From Bugula neritina (lineage: Eukaryota > Animalia > Bryozoa), in the NCBI GenBank assembly GCA_964035545.1, contig OZ037771.1, forward strand, positions 15,595,289-15,659,288: a DNA stretch of 64,000 nucleotides. Direction: 5' to 3'. A model generated the notes under the pieces. That model was not told the DNA's origin and did no database searches. It worked only from the letters and a program-made list of their open reading frames with translations. A program made the position numbers and the translations under genes. Positions 26,641 to 38,734 of this stretch are shown in pieces. The first letter of the stretch is position 1, and each line of letters begins with the position of its first letter.

Positions 26641-29600
26641 CTACTTGCTACTACTTTCGTCATCTACAGCATTCACTGCGAGCTTGCCTTCTTCAATCAA
26701 TTGTCCTTCTTTAGCTGGTTGAGTTTCAGAAACTTCTACTACTTTAGCAGGTTGAGATTTAGCGACTTGCCCTCCTGTATCTGATTGCGTTTTAACAACT
26801 GACTCTATTTTAGCAACTGACCCTATTTTAGCAGGTTGAGATTTAGTAGGTTGTGTTTTAACAATTTGCCCTCCTGTATCTGATTGTGTTTTAACTGGTT
26901 CTACTTTAGCAGCCGACTCCATTCTAGCAGTTTGAGATTTAGAAACTTGTTCTACTTTGGCAGGTTGTGTTTTACCAGCTTGCCCTCCTGTATTGGGTTT
27001 GGATTTCATAACTTGTTCTACTTTGGCAGGTTGTGTTTTAGCAACTGACTCTATTTTAACAGGTTGTGTTTTAGCAACTTGCCCTCCTTTAATAGGTTGT
27101 GTTTTAGCAACTTGCCCTCCTTTAATAGGTTGGGTTTTAGCAACTTGCCCTCCTTTAGTAGGTTGTGTTTTAGCAACTTGTACTACTTTAACAGCTTGTA
27201 TTTTAGCGACGTGTTGTTCTTTTGCAGGTTGACCAGCTTTAAAAAGGTTTCCTGTTTGAGAAATTAGTCGCTTTCCTAGAGGTACTTTCTGATTTGGTGG
27301 CTCTGCTTTTACTTGCGCCTTTCCGCTTTGAACTTCCCCAGCAACAAGACTTTTTCTCTCAGCTGAGGTATCACCTGGGATTACAGTAACCCTCTCCTCT
27401 GTTGCTGCCACTGTTGAACCCTCTGGCACCGTATCCTCTCTCTGTCCTCCGGTATTCTTCTCTGTCTGCAACTTCTCTCTAAGTGAGGTAGACAGTCCTT
27501 GCACCACTGTGTCCAGAGTGTTGGCAAAGGCTCTCGAGAACAAAGAAGTTTTTACTTCTTCCACTTTATCCGTCTCTTCTATTACGTTTTCTTCTGGAAG
27601 CTTCTCTACTCGTCCTTTTTCATCTGGCAGCTTTTCATTGGATGTTCTCTTGTCTATCTTTTTCTGCTGTGGTTGAGTTGGTGTAACACTGGACCACCCG
27701 GATTCATACAGAACCATCGACTTTTCCTCTGCCACCTTCTCTTTCTTTACCTGTTGTGAAAGTACACTGGTTACTGTAAGTACAGTCATATCAACACTGG
27801 TTACTGTAAGTACAGTCATAGCAACACTGGTTACTGTAAGTACAGTCATAGCAACACTGGTTACTGTAAGTACAGTCATAGCAACACTGGTTACTGTAAG
27901 TACAGTCATAGCAACACTGGTTACTGTAAGTACACTCATAGCAACACTGGTTACTGTAAGTACACTCATAGCAACACTGGTTATTGTAAGTACAGTCATA
28001 GCAACACTGGTTACTGTAAGTACAGTCATAGCAACACTGGTTACTGTAAGTACAGTCATATCAACACTGGTTACTGTAAGTACAGTCATATCAACACTGG
28101 TTACTGTAAGTACAGTCATATCAACACTGGTTACTGTAAGTACAGTCATATCAACACTGGTTACTGTAAGTACAGTCATAGCAACACTGGTTACTGTAAG
28201 TACAGTCATAGCAACACTGGTTACTGTAAGTACAGTCATATCAACACTGGTTACTGTAAGTACAGTCATATCAACACTGGTTACTGTAAGTACAGTCATA
28301 TCAACACTGGTTACTGTAAGTACAGTCATAGCAACACTGGTTGCTGTAAGTACAGTCATAGCAACACTGGTTACTGTAAGTACAGTCATAGCAACACTGG
28401 TTACTGTAAGTACAGTCATATCAACACTGGTTACTGTAAGTACAGTCATAGCAACACTGGTTACTGTAAGTACAGTCATAGCAACACTGGTTGCTGTAAG
28501 TACAGTCATAGCAACACTGGTTACTGTAAGTACAGTCATAGCAACACTGATTACTGTAAGTACAATCATAGCAACACTGATTACTGTAAGTACAGTCATA
28601 GCAACACTGGTTACTGTACGTACACTCATAGCAACACTGGTTACTGTAAGTACAGTCATAGCAACACTGGTTACTGTACGTACACTCATAGCAACACTGG
28701 TTACTGTAAGTACACTCATAGCAACACTGGTTACTGTAAGTACACTCATAACAACACAAACATCTTTGATACTATCTTTTAGCAAAAAAGAAACTGTTAA
28801 GAAATGAAGGTTTTAAAAAAGGAAAACATCAACACTTGTCAATAGACAGACAACATAATACTGGTTATGAACAGTTGAGTATATTCAGATACACATGTAG
28901 AACATAGTTGTTATATGACTCACTACTTTGGCCTTCTTCTTTGGAGCCTTGCTTGCAATGAACTGCATACTAAAGAGTTGGCTCAGTCTTTTTTCTGTTT
29001 TGAACTTCCATCTATTTCTTCAAATCGAATCAGAAGTACGCATTTCACATGCTTCAATATGAAAAGATGAATACTAGATAAAGTATATGAATATACAGAC
29101 TATACAGACAATACAGACTACTCACAGCATATGTGGCTGGCTGTCGTCCTGCTTGTATGAGAGAGCAGTAAGATAGACCAGGTAAAATATCAGACCAGTG
29201 GTAAGGGTGGCTAAGAACCAGCCCCACCATGGGATCAGCTCTACAAACAGGAAGTGTGTACTGTACACAGCACATCATGGAGTAAGACAATGACGTCTAA
29301 CAATAGAGAACTATGAAGGTGAAGGTCAACTCACCTAGGAGTCGTACAGATCTGTCGTCTTTGACTGGAGCCGCATCTGAGTAAAGACTTGTACACCGTC
29401 CAGACAGGTTGTTGGCTCTTTGCTCATCAAAACAGCGACAGGAGCCCAACCCTTTATAACTGTATGTGTTGGTCGGACTTTGAACACATATGGTTCTCCC
29501 AAACTCATCTTTGATCCACGTGCAATCTAACTGATTTCTACACAGTACTACAACACACTAGTAACAGTACTACAACACACTAGTAACAGTAGTACATCAC

Positions 29601-32600
29601 ACTAGTAACGGTACTACAACACACTAGTAACAGTACTACAACACACTAGTAGCAGTACTACAACACACTAGTAACAGTACTACAACACACTAGTAACAGT
29701 ACTACAACACACTAGTAACAGTACTACAACACACTAGTAACAGTACTACAACACACTAGTAACAGTACTACAACACACTAATAGCAGTACTACAACACAC
29801 TAGTAACAGTACTACAACACACTAGTAACAGTCCTACAACACCTTCTCCAGGAAGACACTCCTGGTGCTGCCCCTCATCTTCCGTATTCTGCACCGCTGC
29901 CAGAACTGTGCCGTCCGGACAGAAACAAAAGCCCAGCGGATGGCAGATGCTGCCAGGAATCTCCCCGCTGCACAGAGTCGGCTCCACCTCGCACCTCACT
30001 TGGGTGGTAACTTGATCTGTCACAAAACTGTTCTCTACAGCGAAACATGTGATACACTGAGGTCTAGCTGTACACACTGAGGTCTAGCTACATACACTGA
30101 GCTCTAGCTACATACACTGAGGTCTAGCTTTACACTAAGGTCTAGCTTCACACTGAGCTCTAACTGTATACACACTGAGCTCTAGCTATACACACTGAGC
30201 TCTTCATGTACTAACCTCGACATATGTACTTCTCCTGACTATCAGATACTTGTTCTGAACAGAGGAGCCATTCAAACAGACATGGGTTTGGGTCACACAC
30301 ATCTGAAGTATCATACAGAGAGTATATAGTAAGTATATACAGAGAGTATATAGTAAGTATATACAGAGAGAGTATATAGTATATAGTAAGTATTATACAG
30401 AGAAAGTATATAGTATATAGTAAGTATCATACAGAGAGTATATAGTATAGTATATAGTAAGTATCATGCAGAGAGTATATAGTATATAGTAAGTATATAC
30501 AGAGAGTATATAGTATATAGTAAGTATCATGCAGAGAGTATATAGTATATAGTAAGTATCATACAGAGAGTATATAGTAAGTATATACAGAGAGTATATA
30601 GTATACAGTAAGTATCATACAGAAAGTATATAGTATATAGTAAGTATCATACACATAGCATAGTGAATACATAAACAGAGTAAGTAATGAACTGACCGGC
30701 TGTATCACAAGTATCTCCCGTGTAGCCTGAGGGACACACACACCGACCCTCTTCACACCGGGCACCGTTTAGACATTGCAGTCTGCCCTCCCCACACGGA
30801 ACCTGCGCTATCTCACAGTAGACTCCCTCGTAACCGGCGGCATTCGTACAGTCACAGGATATGACATCATCCCCTGTGCAGACTCCTCCGTGTAGACATG
30901 GCTTGTAATCTGAACAGGATAGAGAGAGATATACTCTCTGGTATTCTACCCAACACAATGCATATTGTAAACTCTTAACTTACACTTTTCACAGACCGTA
31001 CACTCCCTCTTTGTGCAGAACTTTACAGCAAACTTCTCCATTTTCTCTGAAAGAACGTAATATAAATTGTACAGAGACGTATCATACTGTATATAATATA
31101 TACTATCATACTGTATATAATATATACTATTACTCTGTATGTAATATACTATCACACTGTATATAATATACTATTACACTGTATATAATATACTATTACA
31201 CTGTATATAATATACTATTACACTGTATATAATATACTATTACACTGTATATAATATACTATTACACTGTATATAATATACTATTACACTGTATATAATA
31301 TACTATTACACTGTATATAATATACTATTACACTGTATATAATATACTATTACACTGTATATAATAATATACTATTACACTGTATATAATATACTATTAC
31401 ACTGTATATAATATACTATTACACTGTATATAATAATATACTATTACACTGTATATAATAATATACTACTACACTATGTGATGCACACACACCAACACAA
31501 ACCTATACACTCTGCTGTGAAGTTATCCCCAGAATAAACCAGCCAATCAGGTGAGAAGTTGAAGTCAGAGATGACCTCATTGTAACCGCTGCTACTAGCT
31601 GTATCCACCACTTTTATATGAACCATTGATGTGTGTAAAATCTCATTGGTTGCGTTTTTGAGTCTCCATTCACATCGGATTGGCAAATACTCTACGATAC
31701 ACAGAGTATTACCTGACATGTACAGTTTGCTACCTGAGACAACGTGTAGTGAACAGAGTAATACTTGAGACAATGTGTAGTGAACAGAGTAATACTTGAG
31801 ACAATGTGTGGTGAACAGAGTAATACTTGAGACAATGTGTAGTGAACAGAGTAATACTTGAGACAACGTGTAGTGAACAGAGTAATACTTGAGACAATGT
31901 GTAGTGAACAGAGTAATACTTGAGACAATGTGTGGTGAACAGAGTAATACTTGAAATAATGTGTGGTGAACAGAGTAATACTTGAGACAATGTGTAGTGA
32001 ACAGAGTAATACTTGAAATAATGTGTGGTGAACAGAGTAATACTTGAGACAATGTGTAGTGAACAGAGTAATACTTGAGACAATGTGTAGTGAACAGAAT
32101 ACTTGAGACAAGACACACCAGCTACTGTGGTGTCTTGTACAGTCAAGTTTACTATCTCTGTGTGAGCAATGTAGGCGTATGTAGTCTGAGTGCCAGTTTC
32201 ATCTTTCCTTGTGAGTACAGAAAATGAGACGCTTTTCTGTTCCTTGCAGCCAATAAACATCTACTAAACAAATAGACACACGATTCAAACAGAATCCATA
32301 CAGCTATTCCAACTTTATCAACTCTATAATATACTATATCACGTAACCAGACAACACTTATTCTATATACTATATCACGTAACTAGACAACACTTACTCT
32401 ATATACTATATAATGTAACCAGACAACACTTACTCTATATATTATATAACGTAACCAGACAACACTCACTCTATATATTATATAATGTAACCAGTCAACA
32501 CTTACTCTATATACTATATCACGTAACTAGACAACACTTACTCTATATACTATATAATGTAACCAGACAACACTTACTCTATATATTATATAATGTAACC

Positions 32601-35600
32601 AGACAACACTTACTCTATACTGTATGAGGTGGTGAAGCTGTTCCATGCTGACATAAGCACACTGCACTGATACACTAGCACGCTGCTGCACCTTGTAGTA
32701 CTGAGCAGCGGTGGCAGCAGTCAAGTTGGAATCACCAATCACAGTTACTTGTATTCCTTCAGACACTATAACTTGGACGTCTGTGAAAATATCAACCCGC
32801 TTCTAACTATGTCACAACGTAACGTAACTATGTCACAACGTAATGTGACTACGTCATAACGTAATGTGACTATGTCATAACGTAATGTGACTACGTCATA
32901 ACGTAATGTGACTATGTCATAACGTAATGTGACTATGTCATAACGTAATGTGACTATGTCATAAGATGGGTCAATAGGTTAGTCTAACAGAATGCTATTC
33001 GCTCACCTCTTACAAAGAAAGAAGTCACTCTGGATTGCTCAGCTCCAAACACTTTATCAACTATAAACATTCTGTCCTCGGCAGTATACACAAAGTAGGG
33101 CTGGCAATGAAATGATATTACTATATACATGATAATAATACTATATACACGATATTATTACTATATACATGATATTAATACTATATACATGATATTATTA
33201 TTACTATATACACGATATTAATACTATATACATGATATTAATACTATATACACGATATTAATACTATATACATGATATTATTACTATATACATGATATTA
33301 TTACTATATACACGATATTAATACTATATACGTGATATTATTACTATATACATGATATTATTACTATATACACGATATTAATACTATATACACGATATTA
33401 ATACTATATACATGATATTATTACTATATACATGATATTAATACTATATACATGATATTATTACTATATACACGATATTATTACTATATACACGATATTA
33501 TTACTATATACATGATATTAATACTATATACATGATATTAATACTATATACATGATACTAATAGTACTTTGTGTAGAGAACAAGGGTGAAGTGCTGGGTG
33601 TTTCCCCATAGCCTCAGTTCTTGAGTTGACACAGAAGTAAAAAATGTTTACAGGTGTCTGTTGTGAGAACACAAGGAGAGTGTGAGACGCGGTATCCATG
33701 GTAACAAACATGCCATTCTGTAGACGCGACAATGAAGAACCGCTACAAGTAATGGTTATTTAACACTGCTATGTGGGTTGACTGTAGTATGTATTATATA
33801 TAGTGTTTCCAACAGCAAGTCAATAATATTGTATATAAATATTCATTTTACAATCTAGAAACATAGTCTGTAGTTGAAGGACTGCTTCCAACGTGTCACA
33901 AGGGTTGGGGAGGGGTGACAAGGTGTCCCCACATTACCTGACATTGTGAGTACTGAGGCTAGGAATGAGTAGAGAAGAGGAAGGACTGAGAGTGAGTGAT
34001 GGATCTTGTCTAGAGTAGAAGATTAGTTGCGGTCCTTCACTCGCTACGACATGTATCTGCGGAGACATCAGTAGGATATGGTCGGCAGCGTACAGGGTTG
34101 GAACGGTGCTCACTGTGTCAGCGTTCAGGTCTATCTGTTCATACACTATCTAGTTGAGTGACAGTTTAGTAATACTACTAACTATCTGTTCATACACTAT
34201 CTAGTTGAGTGACAGTTTAGTAATACTACTTACTATCTGTTCATACACTATCTAGTTGAGTGACAGTTTAGTAATACTACTTACTATCTGTTCATACACT
34301 ATCTAGTTGAGTGACAGTTTAGTAATACTACTTACTATCTGTTCATACACTATCTAGTTGAGTGACAGTTTGGTAATACTACTTACTATCTGTTCATACA
34401 CTATCTAGTTGAGTGACAGTTTAGTAATACTACTTACTATCTGTTCATACACTATCTAGTTGAGTGACAGTTTAGTAATACTACTTACTATCTGTTCATA
34501 CACTATCTAGTTGAGTGACAGTTTAGTAATACTACTGAGTAGCAATATTCAACATGAAGTAACACTAGTAAACACGGAACTCATTAACTTATAACTGCGG
34601 TAGACATAATTATGACTATTCAAGTTTCTCCATGTATAAAACCTTAAGAACTGAATTAGTTTGTATCTTGAGTGAGAGAGCAGATATCTAGCAGAACACA
34701 AATTAAGTCGTGGAGTTGTGCAGGTACTAGGACTATGAAGTGAAGGATATAAGGAACTAGGACTATGAAGTGAAGGATATAGAAACACGGGGCACCTTCC
34801 TCAAAGCAGCTCCGTCCACAAAGTAGAGTGAATGGCTGCTTGGTTCACAGTCTAAGGAGTGTATCTCATTCATAGTAGCTTCTGTGAGCTGACCGTCTCT
34901 GTGGGTGGCAGCTGCGTGTATATATAATATGCTATGTATGTTATGTATGTTATATATGCTATATATGTTATATATGTTATATATATGCTATATGTTATAT
35001 ATGTTATATAGGTTATATATGTTATACACTGTATATTACATATGTTATGTATATATGTTATACGCTGTATATTACATATGTTATGTATATATGTTATACA
35101 CTGTATATTACATATGTTATGTATATATGTTATACGCTGTATATTACATATGTTATGTATATATGTTATACGCTGTATATTACATATGTTATGTATATAT
35201 GTTATACGCTGTATATTACATATATTATGCATATATAAGTACTTGACTTACATCGGGTAGAGCAGTCTCCAGTCAACACTTGAGGATCCTTGTGAACGTC
35301 TGATTGGTTGAACACCATCCTACTAACACACGTACTTCCTGCCACATAGTAATGTGGTTGCCTAGAGTTGCAGTGTGCTATGTATTTCACCATTCCACTG
35401 TTGTCCCCTAGCAAAGTGTTACACTTTATTAATACTAACAATATGAGTACTATACTCCTGCACATCTACAGTATACTTACTATAGCCCTGTACATCTACA
35501 GTATACTTACTATACTCCTGTACATCTACAGTATACTTACTATACCCTGTACATCTACAGTATACTTACTATACTCCTGTACATCTACAGTATACTTACT

Positions 35601-38126
35601 ATACCCCTGTACGAGCACATCTACAGTATACTTACTATACCCTGTACATCTACAGTATACTTACTATACCCCTGTACGAGCACATCTACAGTATACTTAC
35701 TATACCCTGTACATCTACAGTATACTTACTATACCCTGTACATCTACAGTATACTTACTATACCCCTGTTCATCTACAGTATACTTACTATACCCCTGTA
35801 CATCTACAGTATACTTACTATACCCCTGTACGAGCACATCTACAGTATACTTACTATACCCTGTACATATACAGTATACTTACTATACCCTGTTCATCTA
35901 CAGTATACTTACTAAACCCCTGCACATCTACAGTATACTTACTATACCCTGTTCATCTACAGTATACTTACTATACCCTGTTCATCTACAGTATACTTAC
36001 TATACCCCTGTACATCTACAGTATACTTACTATACCCCTGTACATCTACAGTATACTTACTATACCCCTGTACGAGCACATATACAGTATACTTACTATA
36101 CCCTGTACATCTACAGTATACTTACTATACTCCTGTACATCTACAGTATACTTACTATACCCCTGTACATCTACAGTATACTTACTATACCCTGTACATG
36201 TATAGTATACTTACTATACCCCTGTACATCTACAGTATACTTACTATATCCTGTACATCTACAGTATACTTACTATACTCCTGTACATCTACAGTATACT
36301 TACTATAGCCTGTTCATCTACAGTATACTTACTATACCCTGTACATCTACAGTATACTTACTATAGCCCTGTACATCTACAGTATACTTACTATACCCTG
36401 TACGAGCACATCTACAGTATACTTACTATACTCCTGCACATCTACAGTAGGCTATACTTACTATACCCTGTACATCTACAGTATACTTACTATACCCCTG
36501 TACATGTATAGTATACTTACTATAGCCCTGTACATCTACAGTATACTTACTATACCCCTGTACATCTACAGTATACTTACTATACCCCTGTACGAGCACA
36601 TCTACAATAGACATATCTGCTCTGTCACTGTTTGATAATCTGAGATACTGAGCTCTGAACGGCTTGGCTTCCTCCTGACACACAAACTCTGGAGCTCCAG
36701 CCTGGCGATTGAAAGTGCAGCAGAATTTCCATTTGTTAGTGTGGTTTTGATCATTGACTCTGTATTCTAGGAAATACACTTCTTGTACTGTATCTAAAGA
36801 GAGAGAGAATGTATACAGCTCTGTATTCTAGGAAATACACTTCTTGTACTGTATCTAAAGAGAGAGGGAATGTACACAGCTCTGTATTCTAGGAAATACA
36901 CTTCTTGTACTGTATCTAAAGAGAAATATATCCTTGTACCATATCTACAGAGAGAGACCGTGTTAACTGCTGCAACTTACTTACACTGAGATAGTGAAGA
37001 TTCACTGAAGAACTCAATGGATGTCACAGTATAGAGATACAGAAGCTGTAGAATAAACCACGTGTTCAGATTGACTGAGTTCCCAGAAGCTAATGTGACG
37101 GATATTAGAGGAGAACTGTCCACAACTACAGTACTGACTGGAGTACTGACTTCAATTGCAGAGAACACAGCCGGCGTGATGATGCCGACTCGTCTTGCAA
37201 CAGCCGAACGGCTGGTTCTTTGACCGTCTGTGACGACCAAAGGCATGGAGTTCACATCGAGCACTATGTTGTCAGATCTGTCAACAGCTACAAACCAATA
37301 GCAACAATATTCGAAGTGTTCACTCTTTCCTTATATTACGCACACGAAAGTTACGAGTATATTGCTGCGTTATCTAGTAACTAACATTTGAACCAAAGTT
37401 GTCTGCCAGCATTGCTATGGCTCTCACTGCGCCCATACACAGCCACTATCCGACTAGAGTTGAGATGTTGGCCTCCAGTGACATACAACATGGTGTCTGA
37501 GTTCAATACTTGCATATCATACACCTGCTCGTCTTGTTCTGTTGTGAACTCAACTCTGTCTCCTTCAAACTCTACATGAGGGAACTGGAAGACTCTGGCA
37601 AATACCAGCTGAGTTACCCTGTAACCATGTTCACAAAGTACAGGCTGTTGCTGTTTACAACTCAATGTCAGTTACTATGCGCTCTGTTTGACACAACAAA
37701 TAACCACTTGTCAGTGTGAATTTTTAATGACTGTTTATTCCATTTCAACTAATATGACAACATAATATTGACTTAACTGTGCTGCAGTTATTAATGCTAT
37801 GTTAACACTACTGTTACTACCAGGGTAGGTCAATATTCAGAAGGCCCATTAGTCTTAATGAAAATGTTTAATAAAACAAAACTGTTATTTTATTGTGTAT
37901 TACATGTCTATATGTATTGTATCTAAAAAGGTTCAGGTTCAAACCCCTTGCCATATTATGTGTGTGCAATGTGTACTAGGTAAATATTCTCGAACTAATG
38001 GACCTTCGTAATAGCAACCTGTCCCCAGCAGAGCCTACACTTGTTCTTATAGTAGATAATAAGCTATTCTACTTACTGCATCACTATCAAGAGTCGAAAA
38101 GACGTAACTTCTAAATGTGACATCAT
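26641..38126 (-). CDS. Uncharacterised type I membrane protein (~1411 aa): signal peptide, beta-rich ectodomain, EGF-like and Cys-rich modules, one TM helix, Lys/Gln/Pro-rich repetitive tail
   Basis: 21 phase-consistent exons: 38077-38126, 37386-37618, 36985-37287, 36581-36793, 35252-35407, 34796-34911, 34643-34687, 33938-34149, 33568-33742, 33007-33100, 32614-32780, 32119-32260, 31503-31733, 30984-31046, 30697-30909, 30216-30302, 29843-30067, 29335-29526, 29126-29240, 28924-29017, 26641-27750. EGF modules PCLHGGVCTGDDVISCDCTNAAGYEGVYCE and CLNGARCEEGRCVCPSGYTGDTCD. TM segment WWGWFLATLTTGLIFYLVYLTALSY. N-terminus MMSHLEVTSFRLLIVMQVTQLVFA. The start, the 45-nt exon and the true C-terminus are less certain; an extra terminal exon near 26550-26603 is possible. 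Confidence 0.75.
27763..28752. repeat. 30-bp intronic minisatellite x~33
   Basis: (tacagtcatagcaacactggttactgtaag)n; the real exon starts at acceptor cag|GTAAAG (27750). Confidence 0.95.
29543..29842. repeat. 22-bp minisatellite filling intron 29527-29842
   Basis: (cagtactacaacacactagtaa)n. Confidence 0.9.
31734..32110. repeat. 31-bp minisatellite filling intron 31734-32118
   Basis: (gagacaatgtgtagtgaacagagtaatactt)n. Confidence 0.92.
32322..32620. repeat. 36-bp unit x~8 containing a donor junction
   Basis: Minus strand TATAGA|gtaagtgttgtctggttacattatata repeated. Confidence 0.9.
33112..33560. repeat. ~20-bp AT-rich minisatellite filling most of intron 33101-33567
   Basis: (tactatataca[tc]gatatta[ta])n. 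Confidence 0.9.
34130..34537. repeat. 51-bp unit x8 containing an acceptor junction plus the first 18-19 nt of the exon
   Basis: Minus strand actaaactgtcactcaactag|ATAGTGTATGAACAGATA gtaagtagtatt repeated. Confidence 0.93.
35455..36607. repeat. 29-36-bp unit x~38 containing a donor junction
   Basis: Minus strand GTAGATGT(GCTCGT)ACAGGGGTATA|gtaagtatact repeated. Confidence 0.93.
37823..38026. mobile_element. Degenerate MITE-like inverted-repeat element
   Basis: Left GGGTAGGTCAATATTCAGAAGGCCCATTAGT vs reverse complement of right GGGACAGGTTGCTATTACGAAGGTCCATTAGT; no clear TSD. Confidence 0.45.
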
Positions 38127-38734
38127 AAATTGGGCAGAATGTCGTAGTATGGTGTAGAGTGCCAGAGAACTATTCGATTTAGTAGCATACAGTAGTAAAT
38201 AGTGATAGACTATTGAAAACTAAGATATGTTACTGCAACTGCTAGCATTGTTATCGCAGTGTAACAACGCAGAGTCTCAGATTGTTACCACAATGTAGCA
38301 GCTACACGGAAGTAAATGTTACCACAATGTAGCAGCTACACGGAAGTAAATGTTACCCCAATGTAGCAGCTACACGGAAGTAAATGTTACCACAATGTAG
38401 CAGCGCTGGGTTAAAGTATATGGATTCCATCTGCTGTTTAAGTGATTGATGAGAAATGAAATATTTATTGTTGATATTGAGTAGCACTACAATAAATATG
38501 TATTTTGTATAGCACAGGCTTTCATATTGCAAAAAGTATATCTCATTTACCTCTCTATGTATTGACTACTAAGTTATGATGGGATAGCACAATGTATATG
38601 AGTAAATTCGTAGTGAGCTTTCAAGTAACTTGGAGATGACGTGACAGAAGCAGAGCTAGTAGAGCTGGTGGAAGATGGAGAGAGTCAGAGAGGTGAGCTG
38701 AACACAGGGCTTTGTTGGAGAGGAACAGTTCTAG

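Noticed and set aside
27751-28785. N-terminal (TVLTVTSVAM)n half of the 714-aa ORF as a mucin-like protein
   Set aside because: Intronic 30-bp array. The phase-0 acceptor at 27750 joins the upstream exon, and AGs within the array are out of phase.
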